NCBI GenBank assembly: GCA_040400605.1
Contig: JBBAPZ010000015.1
Location: 1-64,000, forward strand
Source: Candidatus Sericytochromatia bacterium
GTDB lineage: Bacteria > Cyanobacteriota > Sericytochromatia > S15B-MN24 > JAQBPE01
Length of the DNA: 64,000 bases
Direction: 5' to 3'
The position numbers and the translations under genes are program-made. The notes beneath the pieces were generated by a model, which ran no database searches, was not told where the DNA came from, and saw only the letters and a program-made list of their open reading frames with translations. Positions 19,956 through 28,486 of this stretch are shown piece after piece (position 1 is the first letter of the stretch; each line of letters starts with the position of its first letter).

Positions 19956-20343
19956 TGACGTCCTGCTCCTTGACCAGATGCTCAGAAAACGTGCCCAAGA
20001 CGTCTTCGGGCTGCAACTCCGCCACCGGCGTCAGGCGATCGCCCGCACTCGCCAACAGCCAATAACGCCCCCCGACACGAACCACCATCAAGGCACGGGT
20101 GGCATCCAGCGCGTGACGATCCACCACCTGAATAACCGGACGCTCCCGGCCCCGCAACAGCAAACCGGGAATGCGCTCACGCCAATAACGCGCACCAAAA
20201 AACCCCAACACCGCAACCACCGCCGTCACCACAACCAGTTGCAGCAAATACGGCCAGATACTGACATCAATGGGGGCCGGCCCCAGTGGCATCATCGACG
20301 GCCAAGGTGTCGGCGTGGCCCAGGCAATCAACTCAGGCGCCAC
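19942..20343 (-). CDS. fliO: FliO-like protein (paralog)
   Basis: One TM helix followed by the beta-rich IQVVDRHAL...LMVVRVGGRYWLL; sits between fliN and fliP; AAGGAG SD before GTG at 20343. Confidence 0.7.
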   Translation of the reverse strand: MAPELIAWATPTPWPSMMPLGPAPIDVSIWPYLLQLVVVTAVVAVLGFFGARYWRERIPGLLLRGRERPVIQVVDRHALDATRALMVVRVGGRYWLLASAGDRLTPVAELQPEDVLGTFSEHLVKEQDVSDEA

Positions 20344-20662
20344 CCGTCGCTCCTTGCAGGGCACTGTTGAAAATCTGTGTGATCTTGACCCCAAAGGAAG
20401 AACCAATCACCACGACTTCGCCTTGGGCGACAATCTGTCCCGCGACACTGAGGTTGACCGGCTCACCGGCGAGTTGTTCCAGTTCAATGATCGACCCCTC
20501 ACCCAATTGGATGACCTGCCGCAACGGAATCGACGTCCGCCCCAGCTCAACCATGACTTCCAACTTAAGCTCACGCAGAATCTCAAGATTCGGCTCATGC
20601 GACACCGCGCCACCCGAAAGCGGCGCAAAACGCACCTGGGATACCACCTGACGCTGAGTCAA
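20333..20662 (-). CDS. fliN: FliN-like SpoA-domain protein (paralog)
   Basis: VELGRT, LGEGSIIEL, LAGEPV, GEVVVI..FGVKIT; AGGAGG SD before TTG. Confidence 0.9.
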   Translation of the reverse strand: MTQRQVVSQVRFAPLSGGAVSHEPNLEILRELKLEVMVELGRTSIPLRQVIQLGEGSIIELEQLAGEPVNLSVAGQIVAQGEVVVIGSSFGVKITQIFNSALQGATGGA

Positions 20663-20705
20663 CGCTCAAACCTCCTGATTCCTGAAAATCCCCAACGATG
20701 CACCA

Positions 20706-22145
20706 CTAACCCGGATTGACCCTGAGCAGCTTCTCAACACCCGGTTTCAACGATATCATCTTCACAGCTTTGTTGCCGTTAATGGTCAAGGGACGACCAC
20801 GGCCAGCCAACCGACCGTTAATGGATACCCCAATCGTGCCATCCGGCGATTTGGGCAATTCCAAAATTACCCCTTCCGCCAGGGTCAACCAATCCGCGGC
20901 GCTCAATTCCAGGCGTCCGAGATCCGCCACAATCTGCACATAGACATTGCTGAGCGGCCCCATCGCAGACGGCGCATCATCGTCCGCGGCCACCGCCTCA
21001 CGTGCCGAAATGACATTCGCCGTCTCAGGCTCCGTACCACCACCCGGACGATTCACCAAGGGCATTTCATAGCGCTCAACCGTCCAATCAGGCAAACGCA
21101 ATAACGACTGACATTCCAGCTCAAACTGCTTCAAGATGCGCTGCGTTTCAGCCTCCACGCGCACGGGATCAAAGCCATGCAAGGGCGCGGGCTCAATGGC
21201 CGGTATCTGCACCTCGATGGGCCGCGTGAACTCCGCCGCCTTGGGGTCAGACACACGCGCCGTAAAATCAACCCGACCAAGAATCAATCCAAATGCCCCG
21301 GACAACATGCACGCCGAGGAAAACGCATACGAAAACGCCACATTGGGATGACTCGCCGCCCCAAAGGTGTAAATCCAGTGCAAAATCACCGCAGGCGTCG
21401 CCACCGACACACTCGGAAACAGCGTCCGCAACAAGACAATCAAGGCTGCACCAAAGAAAAACCCCATCGCGCCGCCATAATAAAACCCGACAGCCCCCCG
21501 TACCAACCGGGCTGACAACCCCACGCCCACGTGCTCATCGCGCGGATCCGGCACCTCAGGCCGCAAAAACCCCAACACCAAACCCAAAAAACCAAACGGA
21601 ATCGCGTATCCCAACGCCCCCCAAAGCGCCCCATACATAAACGGCGGGTTCACCAACCAGCGCTGACGCTTGATATCCAACGGCTTGCGCGGCGGCACCT
21701 GCACAGGCGTCAACAAACCCGGAGACAAAGCCGTACCAACGACCTTCGCCATCGTCGAAATCACTCGCCCGCGCTCAATCGCAGGCCCCGGCGACAAACT
21801 CAAACCCAAACCGTGCGCGTGCGCCAACATATTGTAAGCACCCACACCCAACAAGCTAACCATCGTCAACACCAATAAAAACCCGCGCAACAAGCCGGCT
21901 GGTTGCGTCAAAGGCGGACTCAAGACGATGCTGCGCGGCTTGTAACGCCGGTAATACGTGAAATAATTGAGCGCCACCAGTAAGCTGACCGCATGCGCCA
22001 ACGTGTATCCCACCAGAAACGGATGCAAACCCGTGCCACTCGACGTCCAGAAGCGCACCAACATGAACAGCGGAAAAATTCCACCAACCAAAAACAGAAT
22101 CGTCCAAAAAAAGGAAACCTGCTGCGCAGGCGCGCGCGCAATCAC
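20706..22145 (-). CDS. Polytopic membrane protein with a C-terminal FliM/FliN (SpoA) domain
   Basis: About 6-7 hydrophobic segments in the first ~290 aa; last ~75 aa (VQIVADLGRLEL...L.EGVILEL...INGRLAGRG...AVKMI) follow the SpoA pattern. Confidence 0.7.
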   Translation of the reverse strand: MIARAPAQQVSFFWTILFLVGGIFPLFMLVRFWTSSGTGLHPFLVGYTLAHAVSLLVALNYFTYYRRYKPRSIVLSPPLTQPAGLLRGFLLVLTMVSLLGVGAYNMLAHAHGLGLSLSPGPAIERGRVISTMAKVVGTALSPGLLTPVQVPPRKPLDIKRQRWLVNPPFMYGALWGALGYAIPFGFLGLVLGFLRPEVPDPRDEHVGVGLSARLVRGAVGFYYGGAMGFFFGAALIVLLRTLFPSVSVATPAVILHWIYTFGAASHPNVAFSYAFSSACMLSGAFGLILGRVDFTARVSDPKAAEFTRPIEVQIPAIEPAPLHGFDPVRVEAETQRILKQFELECQSLLRLPDWTVERYEMPLVNRPGGGTEPETANVISAREAVAADDDAPSAMGPLSNVYVQIVADLGRLELSAADWLTLAEGVILELPKSPDGTIGVSINGRLAGRGRPLTINGNKAVKMISLKPGVEKLLRVNPG

Positions 22146-23053
22146 GATGACACCTGCGCAATCTCAACCGCCAACCGACGACCATCCGGCGTGGTACCCG
22201 GCTTGCCCGCCATACGCGATTGCCCCACAATCACCTCCAGGGTGCCGCCAACCAAGGTATCCAACTCAATCACATCGCCCGCTTCCAATCCGTGCAAGTC
22301 ACTAACCGTTAACTCGACACGCCCCAAACACACCGTCACCGGCACAGGCACATCCTGGATAAAATCCAGGCGTTCGTGAAAATACGTGGTATCCGAACCC
22401 GTCAAGGTGGTCTCGCCGATCGCCTGCAAACTCGCACCCGCACTCAACAAATATGCCTGCGGAATCGCCAGCACCACCCGCGCCGTCTCCGTCTGCCCAG
22501 GCTGCGACACCCGAAACGCCGTCGTCACCACTGGCGTATTCGGATTCAGACCCGGAAACATCTGTTGCAACTCAGTCAAAGTCGGCGGAACCTGCGCCGG
22601 TATCATCTGGACATCAAACTGCGCGATTTCATGCCAACACACCATAAACTGATGCCCCAAGTGCATCAACCACTGCTCAACAAACGCAAAACCGTCATCC
22701 GTCGCCAACGCCTCAACATTCACCCCGGTCAAAATGCTCGCCGCCGCGCTGTCGACAAACACAAAACCACCCCCAGGCTGCTCCGCAAAATCCAAAATTC
22801 CCCACACCGCATCGCGCGCATAACGCGTCTCCAACGCCTGAAACGGAACAATCTCAACCGCGGTCACCTGCCATGCGGTCTGCGGAAAACTCACATACTC
22901 ATCCTGCAACTGGGCCATCTGCGCACACAAGTTGAAGTGAATATAGTAAATGGCGCGCATTTCCAGATTGTAATGATTGACACCAGCCGTCAGGACCGCC
23001 TCGTCCTCGGCGCTGACCCCATAAGACCCTTCCGAGTGTTGATAACCCTGCAC
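22142..23053 (-). CDS. FliM-like protein (FliM middle-domain-like plus SpoA) lacking the N-terminal CheY-binding motif
   Basis: C-terminal VPVPVTVCLGRVELTVSDL..LEAGDVIEL...GKPG...LAVEI; AGGAGG SD before GTG at 23053. Confidence 0.7.
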   Translation of the reverse strand: MQGYQHSEGSYGVSAEDEAVLTAGVNHYNLEMRAIYYIHFNLCAQMAQLQDEYVSFPQTAWQVTAVEIVPFQALETRYARDAVWGILDFAEQPGGGFVFVDSAAASILTGVNVEALATDDGFAFVEQWLMHLGHQFMVCWHEIAQFDVQMIPAQVPPTLTELQQMFPGLNPNTPVVTTAFRVSQPGQTETARVVLAIPQAYLLSAGASLQAIGETTLTGSDTTYFHERLDFIQDVPVPVTVCLGRVELTVSDLHGLEAGDVIELDTLVGGTLEVIVGQSRMAGKPGTTPDGRRLAVEIAQVSS

Positions 23054-23499
23054 GCACGTGCCTCCTACGGAAGCGTTCCCTCCCGTCTTCAAATGATACC
23101 AAAAAGCGCCACAGTCGCCCATTCAACCTAGCTCACGGACGGACCACAAACCGATTGATACTCGGCTGTGGACCGTGATGCGGCAGCGCCCGGCGCAAAC
23201 AGTGCTGCACAGGTTAAGAGCCAAAACCTGCACGGCAAATGCAAAACCAAGCTTTGGGAGCCTGCCGTTCTTCAAATGCCAGTCAAAATACCACTCACCG
23301 TTCAATGCCTGTTCGCCCCTTGAAACGCCCTGGTGACACGCCGGTGGTTTGAAAGTGGTCGACACATCCAATCACCTGACCGATGGGTGTTTGTTTTGCC
23401 TGTCACAGATGCTTGTTCGGTTAGGGGTTATGCTGCATGGGTATGATCGCGCTTGGTTCAGGCGACGGGCCTGATGCGGCGTCATAGGGGGCGAATGTC

Positions 23500-23919
23500 A
23501 TGAATGCGATTTCGCAAGGGCGTTACGGCCTGATGGGACTGATTCCAGAGGTACCAACATCGCTGCGTAGCGGCACGCTGGATGCCAATCGTCCCGAGGA
23601 GGAATTCATCAAGTTGATGGTGGCCCAACTGCAGAATCAAGACCCCGAAAAACCCATGGACGGCACCGCCCTCATATCGCAAGTCACGCAGATGAATGCG
23701 GCGATCGCCGTGCAGCGCATGAGCTACCTGACCACCGAAAACCACGCCGTTTCAACCGCCGCCGCCCTCCTGGGCAAACAGGTGCTGATTCGCCAGCCAG
23801 ATAACGGGGCCACGCTCACCGGTCGTGTTCAAACCGTTGACTACTCCGGCAAAAACCCCCTCATTGTGGTCGATGGCCAGTCTTTCCCGCTTAACGCCGT
23901 GTTGCGCGTAGACGTGTAG
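23500..23919 (+). CDS. flgD: FlgD-like hook cap paralog
   Basis: EEFIKLMVAQLQNQDPEKPMD motif, LLGKQV, short Tudor-like C-terminus. Confidence 0.85.
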   Translation: MNAISQGRYGLMGLIPEVPTSLRSGTLDANRPEEEFIKLMVAQLQNQDPEKPMDGTALISQVTQMNAAIAVQRMSYLTTENHAVSTAAALLGKQVLIRQPDNGATLTGRVQTVDYSGKNPLIVVDGQSFPLNAVLRVDV

Positions 23920-23930
23920 GAGGGCAAGTC

Positions 23931-24947
23931 ATGTCGCAAGTTCAAAATGGCGTCTTCAATACGTTAAGCGCCATGGACCAATGGATGCGGGTCATTGGCT
24001 CCAATGTCACCGGTTCGACCGTCACCGGCTATCGCGGAACCGATGTGCAATTCGGGGATGTGTTGGCGTCCCACCTCTCCCTCGGCGCACGTCCAAGCGA
24101 TGGCTACGGATCCGTCAATCCCGTCCAACGCTCCGATTCAGGCGTCCGCATCAAAGCGACCACAACCGATTTTACCCAAGGCTCCATCACAGCCAACGGC
24201 CAACCCACGAACCTTGCCATCAACGGCGACGGTTTCTTCGTTCTGTCACGCACACCCAACCCGCGGTCAATCAGCGACCTTAGCTTCACCCGCGACGGCA
24301 CCTTCAAATTCGAATTTCTCCGTGGCGACCTACCCAATACCGGCACCTACCGCCTTGTCAACTCAGACGGGCTGTTCGTCATGGGTTACTCCTCCACCGT
24401 CGATGCCAACCGACCCTTCGGCACACCACCGGAAGAAGCGCAAGGCACAGACAACCAGGCTTTTGCCAACGTCGTGGGCAGCGGCGCCGGGCAACCCCCC
24501 ATCCCCGCTTTGTTCCAGAACATTCAACTGGATCTGGTGCGCAATCCGGAAGCAGCCGGCCGCTTCACGTTTGATGCCCAAGGCCTCGTGCGCGTCGGTG
24601 GCGCCGAACCCCGCGATGTCCTCGGACGCCCCGTCAACATGCACGTTGCATTGGCCAAATTTGCCAACCCGGAAGGCTTGAGACGCGGCAGCAGCGGCGC
24701 CTCGTTTCAGTATGACGTGATTGCCGGACAAGTGTTTTCAGGCACGGCCGCTGCGGGCAATGACGGCAGAAACCGGGTGGTCGGCGCAACCAACGTGCTT
24801 ACCCCGGGTGCCCTGGAGAATTCCAACACGTCCATCAACACGACGTTGCCCGAAATCACGCTCGCGCAGAAGTCCTTCTCGTCGGCGAGCAAACTGCTCA
24901 CCGTCGCCAACGACCTCATCGAGAAGGTGGAACAGATCATCAAATAA
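23931..24947 (+). CDS. Divergent FlgE/FlgG-like axial (hook/rod) protein
   Basis: DFTQGSI, LAINGDGFF, FTRDGTF, LVNSDG..VMG, FANPEGL, GALENSN; N- and C-terminal D0 motifs are degenerate. Confidence 0.85.
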   Translation: MSQVQNGVFNTLSAMDQWMRVIGSNVTGSTVTGYRGTDVQFGDVLASHLSLGARPSDGYGSVNPVQRSDSGVRIKATTTDFTQGSITANGQPTNLAINGDGFFVLSRTPNPRSISDLSFTRDGTFKFEFLRGDLPNTGTYRLVNSDGLFVMGYSSTVDANRPFGTPPEEAQGTDNQAFANVVGSGAGQPPIPALFQNIQLDLVRNPEAAGRFTFDAQGLVRVGGAEPRDVLGRPVNMHVALAKFANPEGLRRGSSGASFQYDVIAGQVFSGTAAAGNDGRNRVVGATNVLTPGALENSNTSINTTLPEITLAQKSFSSASKLLTVANDLIEKVEQIIK

Positions 24948-25351
24948 ATGACCTCGCCTGACCGCGATACCGTGACGCACAGGTTTTTGGTCAAAACGGC
25001 ATGACAAACTCCAAACATCGGGCACTGCTTCGTCGTTTTTGAGCAACAGCCACAATTCGATCACCAATCTAACGCGTCTCGATCTATCGCGTGGGCCAGC
25101 ACCCCGAACTCCAATCCATCAAATTGACTGATTCTTCGTTCAATGTTCGTTGTAACCACACTGCCCAGAACACCCGAAACCGGTCCGCTTGCCGTTACCG
25201 CTTGGGCTGATGGTTGGCGCCTGATCGGTGAAGTTGATGAATCCTCCTGAACTCCCGAAACTTGACAGGCTCAGTCCTTCCGTGCTCATCTAAAATTTCA
25301 GACGTTTGTTATCAGCGATCGCACACTGGTGCGTGAGGCACTGCGCGTTCC

Positions 25352-27445
25352 ATGGCGACACAATCTACCCCGTCAGCACCTTCGAGTCTCGGAGCCTTTT
25401 TGCGGTCCGGTGACCTTGTGTTGGCTGTCATCGTGGTTATGGTCGTCGGCATGATGGTGGTACCGCTTCCACCGTTGCTGCTTGACCTGCTGCTCGTCTT
25501 GAACATCACGGCCGGTCTGCTCATGCTGCTGGTGTGTCTGTATGTCCAACGGCCGCTGGAATTTAGCACGTTTCCGTCACTACTGTTGATTCTGACGCTG
25601 TTTCGCTTGGCGTTGAACGTCTCGACCACCCGGTTGATTCTGTTGAATGGTGAAGCGGGGCATGTGATCGAGGCCTTTGGGCAATTTGTGGTAGGCGGCA
25701 ATTACGCTGTCGGTGTGGTTGTTTTCACGATTTTGGTCGTGATTCAGTTTATCGTCATCACGAACGGTGCCGGTCGCATTTCGGAAGTGGCAGCGCGCTT
25801 TACGTTGGATGCCATGCCAGGCAAACAGATGGCGATTGACGCGGACCTCGGTTCGGGCAATATCACAGAAGAGGTCGCTCGCAAGCGGCGACTCGACATC
25901 CAGCGCGAGAGCGACTTCTATGGCACGATGGATGGTGCGTCGAAGTTTGTTCGCGGGGATGCGATCGCAGGCATTATCATCATCGTCGTCAACGTCATCG
26001 GCGGGCTGGCCATCGGGGTGCTCCAACGCGGCATGCCAATTGGCGAAGCAGCCAGCCGCTACACCCTGCTCACCGTCGGGGACGGTCTTGTCTCGCAGGT
26101 GCCGGCGCTGGTTATCTCGGTGGGCACGGGTATACTCGTTTCCAAGGCCGCCACCCAGCAATCCCTGGGCCAGGAAATCGGTGCCCAGCTTTTGGGCGAT
26201 CCCCGCGTGTTAATGGTCGTATCGGTGATGCTGGGCATTTTGGGCCTCGTGCCCGGCCTGCCCAAATTGCCGTTCATCACCCTTGCCTTATGCAGTGGGG
26301 TTGCCGCCTACGTGGCCAATCAACAGGCCCAAAAAACGGTGGCACTCGAAGCGGCTGCTGCGGTGGATGCCCCGAGTGATGCAAACGAAGCCAAAGGCCC
26401 TGAAAACGTGATGGGTTTGCTCAACGTCGACCCGATGGAGCTTGAAATCGGGTATCGGTTAATCCCCTTGGTCGATGCGTCGCAAGGGGGCGACTTGTTG
26501 GATCGCATCACCATGATTCGTCGCCAAACCGCCACCAAGCTGGGGGTAGTTTTGCCGCCCATTCGCGTGCGGGACAACCTGCAACTCAAACCCAAAGAGT
26601 ACCGCATCAACCTGCGCGCCATCGAGGTCGCACGGGGCGAAGTGCAGGTTGAACAATTTTTGGCCATGAATGCCGGCGGGGCGGTCGCACCCATCGACGG
26701 CATCCCGACGAAGGAACCGGTCTTTCAGATGCCAGCGTTTTGGATCGACGAATCCAAAAAGGAAGACGCCGAGATTTTGGGCTACACCGTGTTCGACCCG
26801 TCGTCGGTGCTCGCCACGCATCTGACCGAAATCGTCAAGTTACATGCGCCGGATATCTTGTCCCGGCAAGACGTGCAGGCGTTGATCAACCACGTCAAAA
26901 CAGATTATCCGGCAGTCGTCGAAGAATTGTTGCCCGACTTGATGACCTTGGGTGACATTCAACGGGTCTTGCAAAACCTGTTGCGTGAGCGCATCAGCAT
27001 CCGCGACATGGTGCCCATTTTAGAAGCCCTCGCCAATTACGCGCGTCTGACCAAAGATACCGATACCCTCACGGAATATGCCAGACAAGCCTTGGCACGC
27101 AGCATCACGCGCCAGAACATGAGCGCGGAAGGCCGCTTGCCCGTACTGACCATGGACCCAGGGCTTGAGCAAATTCTGGCCAATTCCGTCCAGCAAACCG
27201 ATCAAGGTGCGATGGTAACCCTCGAACCAGGCGTTGCGCAACGCTTGGTCAAAAGCGTTCAGGTTCAGGTAGAACGATTGCTCACCAATGGTCACCAGCC
27301 GGTGGTGCTATGTTCCAGCAAAGTGCGGCTGGTGTTTCGTCGCCTGATTGAGCGAAAGTTTCCGGCGGTGTCCGTGATGGCCTATAACGAGATTGTTCCC
27401 CCGCAGACCGAAGTGCAATCGATGGGTGTAATCAGCCTGGCGTAA
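25352..27445 (+). CDS. flhA: Flagellar export ATPase-coupled gate protein FlhA
   Basis: LFRLALNVSTTRLIL, EVAARFTLDAMPGKQMAIDADL, FYGTMDGASKFVRGDA motifs. Confidence 0.97.
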   Translation: MATQSTPSAPSSLGAFLRSGDLVLAVIVVMVVGMMVVPLPPLLLDLLLVLNITAGLLMLLVCLYVQRPLEFSTFPSLLLILTLFRLALNVSTTRLILLNGEAGHVIEAFGQFVVGGNYAVGVVVFTILVVIQFIVITNGAGRISEVAARFTLDAMPGKQMAIDADLGSGNITEEVARKRRLDIQRESDFYGTMDGASKFVRGDAIAGIIIIVVNVIGGLAIGVLQRGMPIGEAASRYTLLTVGDGLVSQVPALVISVGTGILVSKAATQQSLGQEIGAQLLGDPRVLMVVSVMLGILGLVPGLPKLPFITLALCSGVAAYVANQQAQKTVALEAAAAVDAPSDANEAKGPENVMGLLNVDPMELEIGYRLIPLVDASQGGDLLDRITMIRRQTATKLGVVLPPIRVRDNLQLKPKEYRINLRAIEVARGEVQVEQFLAMNAGGAVAPIDGIPTKEPVFQMPAFWIDESKKEDAEILGYTVFDPSSVLATHLTEIVKLHAPDILSRQDVQALINHVKTDYPAVVEELLPDLMTLGDIQRVLQNLLRERISIRDMVPILEALANYARLTKDTDTLTEYARQALARSITRQNMSAEGRLPVLTMDPGLEQILANSVQQTDQGAMVTLEPGVAQRLVKSVQVQVERLLTNGHQPVVLCSSKVRLVFRRLIERKFPAVSVMAYNEIVPPQTEVQSMGVISLA

Positions 27446-27454
27446 GCGCTGGCG

Positions 27455-28480
27455 TTATCCGAACCAGCCGCCGAACATCGGGAAGTCGTGGGATTCTTTC
27501 AAGAGGGTGAGCAAGCGTGGGAAGCCGTGGCGATCCACATACCCCTTGACCTTGCGAAAACCAGCACCATAGGCGGGGTCAGGGTCTTTCATCAAGGCAT
27601 CGATGTGATAACGCCCCTCTTCGTTATCGCGCGCCAGGTACATCCGGTAACTCATGTAATTGCAAGCCCCTTCCTCGAGTGCAAAGGCATGGGGGCGCGC
27701 ATGATAATAATTCCAGGCGTGCATCAGTTCATGCGCGGCAGTCGCCTCGAGTACGGCGAGTGGCATGCCACCAAGCAAATACATGGTGCCTTGTTTGTTT
27801 TGACGGGTGGTGCCCTGCTGTTCGAAGACCATTTGCCACAGACCGCTCACCCATTTGGAGGGCTGGTGGGCGGAGCGGCGCAACAGTTGGTTCAATTGAT
27901 TGCGGTCCACCACCTTGAGCGGAATGTCAACGCGTCCGAGATCCACGCCCCACTGCCCAAACCGCGCCCGCACCTCCATCAACAAACGCCGCACATCCGC
28001 TTCTCTGTGCACCGCCGTGCGATGACAGCCCCGACAAATCACGCGACCATCCGGATAGTTAAGACCACCCCCACCGATGCTGGCATGCGTGAGGCGGGCA
28101 CAATACTGGCACGTGCCGAATTCCCGCGCGTGGGCCGCGTGGTAGGTGTTGCCCCAATAATCCGTCAACGCCGGGCCAACGATGCCCTTGGCGCAGACCA
28201 CACACTGAAGGGCTGCGGTCTGCTCATAACAGCGCGGATGATGCGCGCGGCCTTCGTGGATTACCGCCTGCCCGGTGATCGCCTGCGCACAGACCGGACA
28301 CCGCGGCGCGTGATGCTCGGCATAACAGGCCGGATGCAAAAATCGCCCAGCATGCACCTGATAACTGCCCTGAATCGGTAACTGACAGGCGTGACACAAA
28401 AAATGACCCGGATGGAAACAAAGCCGCCCGGCTTGAATGTAACGCCCCTCAATCACCGCTTTGCAATGCGCGCAGCGCAT
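27455..28480 (-). CDS. LIM zinc-finger / DA1-like zinc metallopeptidase
   Basis: Repeated CxxC...HxxH/C zinc-finger units in the N-half; AHELMH...EEG.CN...Y..GF DA1-type peptidase motif in the C-half. Confidence 0.8.
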   Translation of the reverse strand: MRCAHCKAVIEGRYIQAGRLCFHPGHFLCHACQLPIQGSYQVHAGRFLHPACYAEHHAPRCPVCAQAITGQAVIHEGRAHHPRCYEQTAALQCVVCAKGIVGPALTDYWGNTYHAAHAREFGTCQYCARLTHASIGGGGLNYPDGRVICRGCHRTAVHREADVRRLLMEVRARFGQWGVDLGRVDIPLKVVDRNQLNQLLRRSAHQPSKWVSGLWQMVFEQQGTTRQNKQGTMYLLGGMPLAVLEATAAHELMHAWNYYHARPHAFALEEGACNYMSYRMYLARDNEEGRYHIDALMKDPDPAYGAGFRKVKGYVDRHGFPRLLTLLKESHDFPMFGGWFG

Positions 28481-28486
28481 AATGGC

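Noticed and set aside
23123..23499. Possible riboswitch, tRNA or sigma28 promoter in the divergent intergenic region
   Set aside because: No c-di-GMP riboswitch core, cloverleaf or correctly spaced sigma28 motif recognised by eye; a covariance search could still find something.
18088..24947. Reading the second module as a classical injectisome or as pseudogenes
   Set aside because: It has flagellum-specific FliO, FlgD and FlgE-like genes, no SctC/D/J/F genes, and all frames are intact and closely coupled.
25262..25296. TTGACA and TAAAAT upstream of flhA as a sigma70 promoter
   Set aside because: The two hexamers are 23 bp apart, too far for a standard promoter.
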